Position numbers and translations under genes: made by a program
Shown here: positions 54,120 to 64,000 of the stretch, piece by piece
Layout of the letters: each line of letters opens with the position of its first letter
Numbering within the stretch: position 1 is the first letter of the stretch
Notes under the pieces: generated by a model
Database searches by the model: none
The model's input: the letters and a program-made list of their open reading frames with translations, nothing else
Told to the model about the DNA's origin: nothing
DNA from: Methanotrichaceae archaeon
GTDB lineage: Archaea; Halobacteriota; Methanosarcinia; Methanotrichales; Methanotrichaceae
Reading direction: 5' to 3'
Assembly: GCA_963813075.1 (NCBI GenBank)
Contig: CAWEXU010000005.1
Span: 64,001 to 128,000, forward strand
DNA: 64,000 bases

Positions 54120-55223
54120 ATGGAATTGGATCTACGGGAGACTACGGATTTTTCAAAATCAGGCGATGACTTCGGCACCCCCAGGATACTGGTCGCAGGC
54201 TGCGGCGGCGCTGGCGGAAACACTGTGACTCGGCTTGTGAGAATGGGCATCAAAGGCGCGAAGACAGTGTCCATAAACACCGACCGCCAGCACCTGGAGA
54301 CCGTCATGGCGGACGAGAAGCTGCTGATCGGTCGAAAGCTAACTCGGGGGATGGGGGCAGGAGGCGACCCGGTGGTGGGAAGAAAAGCGGCAGAGAGCGC
54401 CAGGGTGGACCTGGAGGACCTGCTGCGGGGCATAGATCTGGTGTTCGTCCTCGCGGGCATGGGCGGCGGCACCGGCACCGGCTCGGCACCGGTGGTGGCA
54501 AGGATTGCCAGGCAAATGGGTGCACTGGTGGTGGCCATGGTCACCACCCCATTTCACCTGGAGAGGAAGAGAATCTGCATCGCCGAGGAGGGGCTGGAGA
54601 ACCTGCGCAATTATGCCAACACCTCCATAGTGATGGACAACAACCGCCTGCTGGAACGCGCCCCTCACCTGCCCTTCCTTGAGGCCTTCTCCCTGGTGGA
54701 CGGGATGACGGGCGAGATCATCCAGTCAATCTGCGAGACATTGACCAGTCCCTCGCTCATCAACCTGGATTATGCGGATGTGCACACCATCATGAGCACC
54801 GGCGGAGCCAGCTATATGCTGGTGGGGGAGGGTAGCATGAAGAAGAGCCCGGAGAAGATCGTCCGCTCCGCTCTGAACAATCCCCTGCTGGACGTTGACC
54901 TCCGGGGAGCAAAAGCCTGTCTGCTGCACATTAGCGGCGGGCCGGACATGACTCTAAAGGAGGCGGCATCTCTGGCCGGGACCCTCACCCAGGACCTGGA
55001 CCCCAGGGCAAATGTCATCTGGGGGGCGAGGATCAGGCCGGAGCTGAGGGGCAGAGTGAAGCTCATGGCCATAATCACCGGGGTGAAATCAGCCCAGGTG
55101 CTGGGGTCCACCGAGGAAGAGGTGGACCTGCTGGATGAGTTGCGCCTCCATACCGATCGGTGCGCAGCTAAAACGAATTTCGCAACAGGAATGAATATAG
55201 ATAGGAAATCAGGATTGGTATGA
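54120..55223 (+). CDS. ftsZ: Cell division protein FtsZ (FtsZ2-like)
   Basis: GCGGAGGN, INTD.QHL, GMGAGG, AGMGGGTGTG, PSLINLDYADV, NVIWGAR. Confidence 0.92.
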   Translation: MELDLRETTDFSKSGDDFGTPRILVAGCGGAGGNTVTRLVRMGIKGAKTVSINTDRQHLETVMADEKLLIGRKLTRGMGAGGDPVVGRKAAESARVDLEDLLRGIDLVFVLAGMGGGTGTGSAPVVARIARQMGALVVAMVTTPFHLERKRICIAEEGLENLRNYANTSIVMDNNRLLERAPHLPFLEAFSLVDGMTGEIIQSICETLTSPSLINLDYADVHTIMSTGGASYMLVGEGSMKKSPEKIVRSALNNPLLDVDLRGAKACLLHISGGPDMTLKEAASLAGTLTQDLDPRANVIWGARIRPELRGRVKLMAIITGVKSAQVLGSTEEEVDLLDELRLHTDRCAAKTNFATGMNIDRKSGLV

Positions 55224-55227
55224 TAGC

Positions 55228-55323
55228 ATGAACGAACTCCTGTTCCAGATTACCGCCTTAACCCTGGCGGTCATCCTGGGAATTGCGGTAATCTACAGCA
55301 TCCGCCTCTATCTGGAGATCTGA
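55228..55323 (+). CDS. 31-aa single-pass membrane peptide
   Basis: MNELLFQITALTLAVILGIAVIYSIRLYLEI, 4 bp after the ftsZ stop. Confidence 0.6.
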   Translation: MNELLFQITALTLAVILGIAVIYSIRLYLEI

Positions 55324-55356
55324 GAGGAAAGGCAATCTGGCATTATCACTGCCTTA

Positions 55357-56616
55357 TCAGCCCTGCCCAGGTGGCGTCACCCTCTGGAACTTCCAGAGCC
55401 GGTCGAGCCTGGCAGTGGCATCCACCCCCACCTTGGTGGTCATGCCCTCATTGCTCCTGGGGTCTAGCGTGCTGCCCCGCACATTCGGATAAAGGACTAT
55501 ATCCTCATCCCCACGCATCCGGGTGGCCAGGGCATACTCCAGATCCCGCGGGTCGTGAATATTGATGTCTGAGTCCACCACCAGCACATGCTTCAGCGAG
55601 CCATGGGCATTTATTGTGGCATCAATAGCTCTTTTCGCATCCTTTTCCGTCTCCTTCTCAATCTGAACAACGGCATGGAAGTAGCAGCATCCGCCCTCGG
55701 TGAGCAGGACGTCCTTTATTTTGGCCACTTTGGAGACGGCACGGTAGATCAGCGGCTCATAGGGCACTCCCATCAGCATCTTGTGCTCTCCTCCTGCAGG
55801 CAATAGTCCGTGGTATATCGATTCATTGCGCATCATCATTTTAGTGATCCGGATGACAGGCTCCTGGCGGACGAGGTCTCTTGTGCCGGTTATATCCACG
55901 AACGGGCCCTCAGGTGCCCGCTCTTCGGTGATGTACCCTTCTAAAACGATCTCCGCATGGGGGACCAGGACGCCGTTCTCCAGAGGGACCAGCTCCACCG
56001 GAGAGCCTCGCAGGGCGGCAGCATACTGGAACTCCATCTCCGGGGGAACGCGGGTGGAGGCGGCCATCAGCACTAATGGATCGACTCCTATGGCCACAGC
56101 CACAGGAACCTCCTCTCCTTTGGCCCGGGCGGACTCATAGAACTGATGGGTGTGCCTTCCCGGAACCAGCCTCGCTGCCAGTCTGTCTTTTCCCAGGACC
56201 ATCAGGCGGTGAACACAGGCATTGATCCTGCCCTCAAAGCGGCTGCTCACCACCCCGGAGGTGATATAAGGGCCGCCGTCTCCGGGAAAGTAGGTCAGGA
56301 TCGGCAGAGAGGTGAGGTCCGGGCGGGAGACTTTCTCCATGAAAGGAGACCAGTCCACCTCTCGAACAGGACCCTGATAGCCGATCTCTGAGAGATGGCG
56401 GACCATATCCTGGGGGGCAACGCCCAGGGCTCTTGCCAATAGATCCCTCGTCCCCAGAATGTTCAGGCAGCACTTGTGGCCGGACACATTGTCAAATAGG
56501 ATCGGCCCCTTTCCCCAGGAGCGCTCCGTTACCTCCTGGACGGGAGACACTGATTCATGCACATGATTCAATAATCCAGCCGCGTCCAGATCCTCCAAAA
56601 AGCCCCTGAAGCTCAT
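55357..56616 (-). CDS. UbiD family decarboxylase (probable anhydromevalonate phosphate decarboxylase)
   Basis: DGGPYITSG, N..VHR, EIVLEG, EGPFVDITG, VVDSDINI, GVDAT. Confidence 0.85.
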   Translation of the reverse strand: MSFRGFLEDLDAAGLLNHVHESVSPVQEVTERSWGKGPILFDNVSGHKCCLNILGTRDLLARALGVAPQDMVRHLSEIGYQGPVREVDWSPFMEKVSRPDLTSLPILTYFPGDGGPYITSGVVSSRFEGRINACVHRLMVLGKDRLAARLVPGRHTHQFYESARAKGEEVPVAVAIGVDPLVLMAASTRVPPEMEFQYAAALRGSPVELVPLENGVLVPHAEIVLEGYITEERAPEGPFVDITGTRDLVRQEPVIRITKMMMRNESIYHGLLPAGGEHKMLMGVPYEPLIYRAVSKVAKIKDVLLTEGGCCYFHAVVQIEKETEKDAKRAIDATINAHGSLKHVLVVDSDINIHDPRDLEYALATRMRGDEDIVLYPNVRGSTLDPRSNEGMTTKVGVDATARLDRLWKFQRVTPPGQG

Positions 56617-56703
56617 GATCCTCTCTCCCACTCTATTTTGCCGGTCTTCATCAAGCCACCTTCCCACACGTTTCTCTTTAATCGCTAATCCACTTTTCCT
56701 TTT

Positions 56704-57405
56704 TCACACCAGGAGCACGGCGATCAGGCCGCTCAGAAAGACGCCGTCGAAGGTCCCAGCCCCGCCTATGCTGGCCACCGGTGCCCCCAGATCGCGGATC
56801 TTTCCCAGGTTGAGGATATCTGCCCCCATAAGAGCGCCTAAAGTTCCTGCCGCATAGGCGATGAGGAAGATCAGATCATGAGGAGCGCCCAGGAGATAGA
56901 CCATCACTATCGCCGCCAGAGCGGCAGATAATGGAGGGATCAGGGCAGGAGTGACGATTCCCAGCCCCCGGACCGGCTTTGCCACCCGGTTGGTGATCAA
57001 GGCCACTATTGCAATGCCGGCCAGAGCATAATAGAAGGATTGGGGGTACCGGTAGATGAGGGCGAGGGAGATCAACGATGGAATCAGGGCCCCTCCCACA
57101 TTTATGGCCAGAAGGGTATTGCAGCTTTTCGCCACAGGGACATGGTAGGATACACCAAAAGCTCGAATGTATCTCTCCTCCACCATGGGCGTGCTGCATT
57201 TCAGATTTGTCAGGGGTATGTTGATGCTGCTTCCCACCAGTGATGCTAAAAGCACAAAGAGAGCCTGGCTCCAGGTGAATCCGATCTTGGTGAAGGCAGT
57301 CCTTGCCAGATCCAGGAAGAGAAAGCTCACCACAACTACTACCAAGAATGCGAATACCAGCATCAGTAAAATGCCCACTGGATAGTAGATCAGACGGTTC
57401 TCCAT
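56704..57405 (-). CDS. DUF1614 family membrane protein
   Basis: GSSINIP, INVGGALIP, GADILN, SIGGAGTFDGVF. Confidence 0.85.
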   Translation of the reverse strand: MENRLIYYPVGILLMLVFAFLVVVVVSFLFLDLARTAFTKIGFTWSQALFVLLASLVGSSINIPLTNLKCSTPMVEERYIRAFGVSYHVPVAKSCNTLLAINVGGALIPSLISLALIYRYPQSFYYALAGIAIVALITNRVAKPVRGLGIVTPALIPPLSAALAAIVMVYLLGAPHDLIFLIAYAAGTLGALMGADILNLGKIRDLGAPVASIGGAGTFDGVFLSGLIAVLLV

Positions 57406-57503
57406 TTGTCTTTCTATTGCCGTCCCTGGGGTATAATCCTTGTGTATCCCGGTGCGTAATCCTTTGCAAAAGAGATTAGTAATGGTATGTTAAAGAGTGG
57501 CAT

Positions 57504-58625
57504 ATGAAAGAGAAATGGCTCATGGCTAAAGGGTCATGGGAGGAGATCAAACCCCAGATAACCACGGCACTTGAATCGGGATTCGACTGCGTGATCGTGG
57601 ACAGGGAGAATGTCGAAAGGGTGAGGGAGCTGGGAAAGATCAAGGTGGCATGCTTTGGCGCTGAGAGGGGAGCAGAGGACATCCTGGTAATCGGCAGGCA
57701 CGGCGAGGGCGATGGATCGGTGCCCCTGCCCAAAGACCTGAACAGCTCCATGGACTATGCCCTGGCCAAGACCATCTCCGGGACCCGAGCCGCTTATGTG
57801 GTCATAGCCGGCAAGAAGTACGAGCAGTTCGCTGTGGAGATGGGAAAATACGTCGACTATCTCCTGGTGATCGGCACCGACTGGAAGGTGATCCCCCTGG
57901 AGAATATGATTGCCGGACTGCAGGGGTCCAGTGTCAAGATCATCAGCGGGGTCAAGAGCTCAGATGAGGCAGAGCTGGCCCTGGCCACCCTGGAGCAGGG
58001 GGCAGATGGAGTGCTCCTGGATAGCACCGACATGTCCGAGATCAAAAAGGTTATGCGGGCGGCTGAGCAGCTGGAAAAAGGCCGCCTGAACCTTATATCT
58101 GCCAGGGTGGTCTCAGTCAAGCCGGCGGGGATGGGCGACCGGGTCTGCGTGGATACGGCCAGCATGATGGTCCCGGGGGAGGGAATGCTCATCGGCTCTC
58201 AGGCCAGGGGCTTCTTCCTGGTCCATAGCGAGTCCGAGGACAGCCCCTACGTCGCTGCCCGCCCCTTCCGGGTGAACGCCGGTGCAGTTCATGCCTATAT
58301 CCGGGTGGGTGAGAAGACCCGCTATCTCTCGGAGCTGAAATCAGGTGACGAGGTGACCATTGTGAGCAAGGAGGGCCTCTCCCGGAGCGCTATTGTCGGC
58401 CGGTCGAAGATCGAGAAGAGGCCCATGATGCTTATCGAGGCTGAGGCGGATGGGGTGCTGATAAGCACACTCTTGCAGAATGCCGAGACGATCAAGCTGG
58501 TGGCTGGCGATGGCACCCCAAGGCCGGTCACGGAGCTGAAAGCTGGGGACGAGGTGCTGGTCCACCTGGAGGAGTCGGGCAGGCATTTTGGCATGAAGAT
58601 TGAAGAGAGCATTGTGGAGAAATGA
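57504..58625 (+). CDS. aroB': 3-dehydroquinate synthase II
   Basis: [42 protein letters not shown]. Confidence 0.93.
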   Translation: MKEKWLMAKGSWEEIKPQITTALESGFDCVIVDRENVERVRELGKIKVACFGAERGAEDILVIGRHGEGDGSVPLPKDLNSSMDYALAKTISGTRAAYVVIAGKKYEQFAVEMGKYVDYLLVIGTDWKVIPLENMIAGLQGSSVKIISGVKSSDEAELALATLEQGADGVLLDSTDMSEIKKVMRAAEQLEKGRLNLISARVVSVKPAGMGDRVCVDTASMMVPGEGMLIGSQARGFFLVHSESEDSPYVAARPFRVNAGAVHAYIRVGEKTRYLSELKSGDEVTIVSKEGLSRSAIVGRSKIEKRPMMLIEAEADGVLISTLLQNAETIKLVAGDGTPRPVTELKAGDEVLVHLEESGRHFGMKIEESIVEK

Positions 58626-59317
58626 TTCGGGATCGGGAGGGCTCCAGGTTGGATGATTTGGGGAAAACGAAAAGATCGCTGATCGTTGCCGTCCTGGGAG
58701 AGGGGGCGGCAGACGACCTCCGGGCAGCATCAGAAGCGGATGCCATTGAGTTGAGGCTGGACCTTATCCCCGATCCTCTCCCCACCATAAGGGCCATTCG
58801 AATGGCCAGCACAAAGCCGATCATCGCCACCAACCGCCTCCAGGCCGAGGGGGGGAAGTATCAGGGCAGCGAGAGGGAGAGGATCGAGCTGCTTATTCAG
58901 GCCTCGGAATATGCCGATTTCGTGGACATCGAGCTTCAGGCAGAATTGAGAGATGAATTCCTGGCCAGGGTCAATAAGCCGGCCATAGTCTCTTACCATG
59001 ACTTCCAGGGGATGGCGGGTATAGATGAGCTTAGAGCGATCCTTAATCGGATGAGGATGAGCGGGGCGGCCATCGCCAAGATCGCAGTGACGCCTATGAG
59101 CCTGAAGGACGATCTGGACCTCCTGGGATTTTTGCTGAATGCAGATGCCGATCTGCCGTTGTGTATCATCGCCATGGGCGCTCTGGGCAGACATCTGCGG
59201 GCGGTGGCGCCAATATATGGTTCAGCTCTGACTTATGGCTATGTCAGGGAGAGCACCGCTCCCGGGCAGATGAGCCTCACGGAACTCTCGGCTTTAAGAG
59301 CGCTGCTTAAATGGTGA
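58622..59317 (+). CDS. aroD: Type I 3-dehydroquinate dehydratase
   Basis: ELRLD, EGG, VDIEL, SYHDF, KIA, IAMG, APGQ. Confidence 0.92.
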   Translation: MIRDREGSRLDDLGKTKRSLIVAVLGEGAADDLRAASEADAIELRLDLIPDPLPTIRAIRMASTKPIIATNRLQAEGGKYQGSERERIELLIQASEYADFVDIELQAELRDEFLARVNKPAIVSYHDFQGMAGIDELRAILNRMRMSGAAIAKIAVTPMSLKDDLDLLGFLLNADADLPLCIIAMGALGRHLRAVAPIYGSALTYGYVRESTAPGQMSLTELSALRALLKW

Positions 59318-59541
59318 TATTTTCAATCAGATATGGCATTATGAATGAATTACTATGTGGGATCTAATACTATGATATTTTCGATCCGGTGCGAATTTGA
59401 TACTGAAGCCTAGCCAGACCATTATAAAAATTATTCTCATTTGTCATTCAAATATACGCTAAGACCAGGACGCTTGTGCCTCCAAAACTTGCTTCATTAT
59501 TTAACGTAAGATTTAATTACTCTGACTGCAAATTAGAAACT

Positions 59542-60888
59542 ATGGATGCAGTCGTTGATGTAGGAGGCAGGCCGGGACATGACTGCGGTGGATTTTGCAG
59601 CTTTTGCTATTTTAAAGGAGTAAAAAGAGTCGAGCCGATGGGATGCAAACATTGCCCACCCCATAAAAAAGGCTGTGATTACTGTTCCAGATCGGTAATC
59701 GAGATCCAGCCCGGCTTCAAGTCCCTGGATCAATTGATATTCGAAGCGTCCCAGCAGTGCATCTTTTCGCGGCCTGATACCATAACAATAAAGGGAAACG
59801 GTGATGCGAGCTTTCATCCGGATCTTCTTAAGCTGATTGGGACCCTGAGCAACGGTGCAGTTCCCATTCGCCTGGATTACACCAGCGGAAAGGGCTTTTT
59901 TAAGGGAGACGAGGCCGGACCGCTGGTGGACGCTGGGCTGCGAAGGATCAGCTTTTCGGTCTTCTCCACCAATCCTGAGCTTCGGCGCAGGTATGTAAAT
60001 GATAGGCACCCGGAGGCAGTTCTCTCAAACCTCAGGACATTCTGCAAAAGATGCGATCTATATGCGATGATCGTCCTCATACCGGGCATAAACGACGGCC
60101 CGGAATTGGAGAGGACCTGTCGGGATCTATACGAGATGGGAGCCAAAGGCCTCATGCTCATGTCCTTTGCCAATAGCAGAGAACAGGGGCTGATTTTTGG
60201 AAACGCTCCTGTAATGCCGGGGATAGTGCCCTACTCGATAGCAGATATCCGCAGAATTGCCACTGAGATCGATGAACAGTATGACATGAGAATCATTGGC
60301 ACGCCCCTTTGGGACCCTCTGACCGGGGCTCCTTTTGCCCTGGCCCATCATAAGGATGAGCTGGACCGACTTCCGACCATCGAGAAGAGCGCTACCATTA
60401 TCACCAGTTCTGTGGCCCATCCGCTGCTTGCGTCCATATTCGAAAAGCTGGGTGAGGATGTGAATGTGGTGGCGGTGAATAAGGAGATCGGCAACCTGAT
60501 CACCCTGGAGGACTTCGAGATCCTGGAGCTGGAGAGGGTGAAGGAGAGGGTGCTGATACCGGGAATGGTCCTGGCCCATGACAGGGAGATCCGCAGGGCC
60601 CTTAGCCGTGACGGTGTGCGCCGGCTGGTCTTCAGAGGCCCTGATGCCCTAACCGTCGAATCGGAGAGGAGCATCTACATGACCCCTGAGGAGGTTTTGG
60701 CCAGAGAGGTGGAGGCATTCACCGGCTTGATCTGTCAGATCAACGAGCTGGGCGAGGATATCGCAGAATTCTCAGACGGCGGGCAGCTTCGTGAGGGATA
60801 TGGATTTTCCAGTTCAGATCGGTCTCAATTCCGTGAGAGGTCGCAAACACCGGATGAGGGGGACCAGATCAGGCAAATCGCTGACTGA
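59542..60888 (+). CDS. mmp10: Methanogenesis marker 10 (Mmp10)-like B12-dependent radical SAM arginine methyltransferase
   Basis: DVGGRPG.DCGGFCSFCYF (CX3CX2C), iron loop CKHC-X6-CDYC, YTSGKG, FAN..EQGLI.GN. Confidence 0.85.
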   Translation: MDAVVDVGGRPGHDCGGFCSFCYFKGVKRVEPMGCKHCPPHKKGCDYCSRSVIEIQPGFKSLDQLIFEASQQCIFSRPDTITIKGNGDASFHPDLLKLIGTLSNGAVPIRLDYTSGKGFFKGDEAGPLVDAGLRRISFSVFSTNPELRRRYVNDRHPEAVLSNLRTFCKRCDLYAMIVLIPGINDGPELERTCRDLYEMGAKGLMLMSFANSREQGLIFGNAPVMPGIVPYSIADIRRIATEIDEQYDMRIIGTPLWDPLTGAPFALAHHKDELDRLPTIEKSATIITSSVAHPLLASIFEKLGEDVNVVAVNKEIGNLITLEDFEILELERVKERVLIPGMVLAHDREIRRALSRDGVRRLVFRGPDALTVESERSIYMTPEEVLAREVEAFTGLICQINELGEDIAEFSDGGQLREGYGFSSSDRSQFRERSQTPDEGDQIRQIAD

Positions 60889-60953
60889 CCAGTTGCCTTT
60901 CGGACGATTAATTTTATCTCATATCCCAGCCAGTCCCAGGAGGGTGATTCCGA

Positions 60954-61289
60954 TTGAGCGAGACAAGAGAGCTGGTGGTAAATAAGGATGATTACCTGAA
61001 TTTCCTGGCACAGCGACTGCGGCTGAAGGGCTCCTGCCAGAGGGAGATCGAGAATGTGAGCTTTCCCTTCCTCTTCGCCTCAGGAAGCGAGATGCTGCGC
61101 ACTTATATTCTGGGAGAGTCCGAGTTCACCTCCACCCTGCCGGACAGGTACAGGCTGCCGGACAGAGGCTTCATCTGGTACCTATTCTCTCAGTCGGTGA
61201 AGGAGATTCAGGTATTGCCCGAGAAGATGATAATTAAGTACGAGCTGAAAGACGAATACCGCAAGCCTTTCAAGCAGTTCTATCTATAA
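60954..61289 (+). CDS. Hypothetical protein
   Basis: 111-aa ORF with GAGGGTGA RBS-like sequence. Confidence 0.65.
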   Translation: MSETRELVVNKDDYLNFLAQRLRLKGSCQREIENVSFPFLFASGSEMLRTYILGESEFTSTLPDRYRLPDRGFIWYLFSQSVKEIQVLPEKMIIKYELKDEYRKPFKQFYL

Positions 61290-61290
61290 G

Positions 61291-62425
61291 TCAGCCGGTT
61301 CTATCTCTTTCCGCCCCGATCTTCCGGCTCCAGCTGCCTGTCAGACGGCCTTTCAGCGCCAGGCTGCCCAGCAGCCCCTCGGCATCATCGGATAGAGGTG
61401 CAGGCGTTCTTTTCCAGAGGGGTGTTCCGGGCAGGGGCATAAAGCGGTGTGCCCTCACCTTTCCCCCTTTTCCTTCGATCCATCTCGCCAGGTCCAGTGT
61501 CATCTGCTGATCCTCAGCAGACTCCATGGGCAGGCCGAATATCAGATCTACATTAGGTATGAGGCCGTGCTCCCGGCAAAGCTCGCAGGCAGACTCGATC
61601 TCCTGCCGGCCGTGCCCCCGACCGATGCTCTTCAGGACCGCCGGGCTGCCGGACTGGCCTCCTATGCTGATGCTCTTGTTTGCGCAGTATGCGGTTATGA
61701 TCTCCAGCGCTTCATCGGATACGAAATCGGGTCTGACCTCGGAGGGAAAGGTGCCGAAGTAGATGGGCTTATTCTGCTCGGACAGCTCTTCCAGCAGCTT
61801 CTTGACCTTGTCCAGCCGGGGCCTTCGGCCGTCGGAGCCGTAGGCAAGGGAGTTGGGCGAGGTGAAGCGGATGTCTTTGTGGCGGCGGGCGAATCTGGAG
61901 ATGACGGAAATTGAGCGGTGACGCATGCAGTGCCCGAAAAGGCGGGGAGTCTGGCAGTAGGTGCAGCCCCAGGGGCAGCCGCGAGAGATCTCTATGGGGG
62001 AGAGGATCGTGGTAAAAGGGGGATAGAGGTCCAGGTCCACCGGGGCACGCTTTTCCGTGAAACAGATCCGGCCGGCGGACTTGTAGGCGATGCCCTTCAC
62101 TGTGCCTGGATCCCCTCCATCGGTTATCGCCTTTATCAGATCGGGCAGGGTCTCCTCGCCCTCGCCCACCACCACGAAGTCGAAGTGCTCCAGCACCTCC
62201 TCCGGCAGGGCGGAGGGGTGGGGGCCGCCGGCGACGAAGATGGCATCCAGCTTTGTCTCCCTGGCCCTGTCGACCTCCCGGTAGACCTCCTCGGCCTGAG
62301 GAGTGGCAAAGCTGTAGAGCATGATTCCCGCCCTGGGCTCAGGAGCCAGACCGGCCTGTACCAGGGGCATGCAGGGCAGCAATGCTATAGGAGTTCTTGC
62401 TGTTGTGCCGAAACCAAATCTTCAC
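61291..62425 (-). CDS. B12-binding radical SAM protein (TIGR04013-like; frameshift ~62371)
   Basis: YSFAT, AGGPHPS, GEGE, EISRGCPWGCTYCQTP, FGTFPSEVRP; N-terminus VKIWFRHNSKNSYSIAAL in adjacent frame. Confidence 0.85.
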
Positions 62426-62733
62426 GGAAACTCTCTGAGCTTCAGCTGAACCTCCAGCTCTCTTCTGGCTGGATCGTGTTTGTACTGTATCTCCGCCTTG
62501 AGGGGCTCAGCGGGATTCACGCCTATAGTCCAGTCGCCAAAAGAGGCCTCTACCTGCCCCCGGGCCTCGACCTCATCCGCCAGGCCGCGCAGCATGCCGG
62601 CCATCTCAGCAGCAGTCATATAGATCTCCTGCTCGAACTTCACTCCCTCGGTGGGGCTTCCTTTGCTCCTTCCCGGCCTTCCTGATACCTTAACCATTTG
62701 ACTCACCATTTCCGGTATTAATCTCAATTCCAT
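62422..62733 (-). CDS. Amphi-Trp domain-like protein
   Basis: KFEQE..MTAAEMAGMLRGLADEV...ELEVQLK. Confidence 0.6.
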   Translation of the reverse strand: MELRLIPEMVSQMVKVSGRPGRSKGSPTEGVKFEQEIYMTAAEMAGMLRGLADEVEARGQVEASFGDWTIGVNPAEPLKAEIQYKHDPARRELEVQLKLREFP

Positions 62734-62812
62734 AAGACTTTTCCCGTTTTAGGCGATTCCTCGATTGTCCTTGTGAGTTAGGAGATTTCATTTAATCTCC
62801 ATCTCACTCATC

Positions 62813-64000
62813 TCAAATGAATAGAGGAACCAGCCGGAAGTCCACCGCGTCCACCAGCCCCCGGTCCGTCAGCTTCAGCTCCGGGATCACCGGCAGGCAA
62901 AGAAACGAGAGGGTCATGAAGGGGTCCTCCAGCTTGCATCCCAGCCTGTGAGCGGCATCAATGCACTCCGCTATGCCCTCTGCCACCTCTCGCATATAGC
63001 TCTCCGAGAGCAGGCCGGCCACGGGCAGAGCCAGTGAGGCCGAAATCCTGCCCTCCTCCACCGCCACCAGCCCGCCATTCATCTCCGTGACTGCTGAGAC
63101 TGCCGCCAGCATCTCCTCGTCCCCGGTTCCCACCACGACGATGTTATGGGAGTCATGGGCAACGGAAGTGGCCAGAGCGCCCCTCACCAGACCGAATCCC
63201 TGCACCAGACCCAGGCCCACATTGCCAGTGGCCCTGTGCCTCTCGACCACCGCCATCTTCAGTATATCCTGGTCGGTGTCCGATACCACCATGCCCTCCC
63301 GGATCCGGGGAAAGAGGGGCAGAGATCTGGTGATGATTTGATCGGGAACGATGCCAATGGTCCGGGCGGGCCCCTTCCTAGCCCGGATCTCAAACGATCG
63401 TCGGCTGAGGGGAGCGACGTGCATCGATTTATGCATGGCCCGGACCGATTTTTTCAGAGGGGCGACGAAATCCCCGTCCTGAGCCACCAGCCTGCCGTCC
63501 TTGAAGACCTGAGACCACTCTCGGCTCATCCAGCCCATCCAGCACGGCGATGTCCGCCCGGTAGCCGGGAGCTATCGCCCCCAAATCAGCCAGGCCGAAG
63601 TAACGGGCGGCATTGAGAGAGGATATCTGCAGGGCGAGTATAGGGTCCAGCCCCTCCTTTATCGCCCTTCTCAGCATGAAGTCGATATGCCCTTCCCTGA
63701 GGATATCAGCCGGGTGGCGGTCGTCTGAGACGAACATGAACTGGCGGGCGTTTTTCGCTGTGACCAGCGGGAGGAGGTCAGAGAGATTTCGGGCTGCGCT
63801 CCCCTCTCGCAGCATGATGAACATCCCGGAAAACAGTTTCTCTTCTGCCTCGGCCAGGGTGGTGCACTCGTGATCCGATCTGATGCCGGCGCAGATGTAA
63901 GCGGACAGGTCCGGGCCGGAAAGGCCTGGTGCATGGCCGTCCATGAGCCGTCTTTTGGCCAGCTGGATCTTTTTCATGACCTCTGGGTCCCGGAATATGA
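62813..64000 (-). CDS. ade: Adenine deaminase (5' partial; frameshift ~63512)
   Basis: DGHAP, SDHEC, LREGSAARNL, SDDRH, VVERH, SVAHDSHN, LPVIPELKLTDRGL. Confidence 0.93.

Noticed and set aside
14706..62685. Long antisense or alternate-frame ORFs (e.g. 14706-15365, 22380-23237, 24889-25782, 30447-31166, 31902-32636, 36093-36941, 61918-62685)
   Set aside because: Shadows of well-supported genes in GC-rich coding DNA, with no recognisable motifs

Overview
Archaeal chromosomal window, most likely from a Methanothrix (Methanosaeta)-like methanogen. This is inferred from the gene set: cfbA/E/D, aksE/aksF, afpA, mmp10, archaeal phosphoribulokinase, tiaS, GGGP synthase, dehydroquinate synthase II and rpl40e. 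Most of the window is housekeeping and cofactor biosynthesis. About a dozen single-indel frameshifts, some in probably essential genes, point to an error-prone (long-read or MAG) consensus rather than real pseudogenes. Notable items: (1) a tRNA-Ser(CGA) split by two non-canonical introns, one in the D-loop and one in the T-loop (25875-26024); (2) a defence-island-like block (6935-13542) with a type IIG R-M gene whose specificity segment is AT-rich and scrambled, then a translationally coupled nucleotidyltransferase (DUF6932-like) plus unknown partner, a gene remnant and a second coupled orphan pair; (3) a ~200-nt structured RNA candidate with its own TATA box upstream of tmk; (4) an NYN ribonuclease gene inserted into a TPR gene with a convergent three-way-junction small RNA candidate; (5) a Cys-rich unknown gene between the coenzyme B genes aksE and aksF; (6) several small proteins below or near the ORF-track cutoff, including a 31-aa membrane peptide right after ftsZ. 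The SRP RNA is at ~40783-41095. No CRISPR array, rRNA, transposase or integrase was seen. All family assignments come from motif recognition by eye; no database searches were run.
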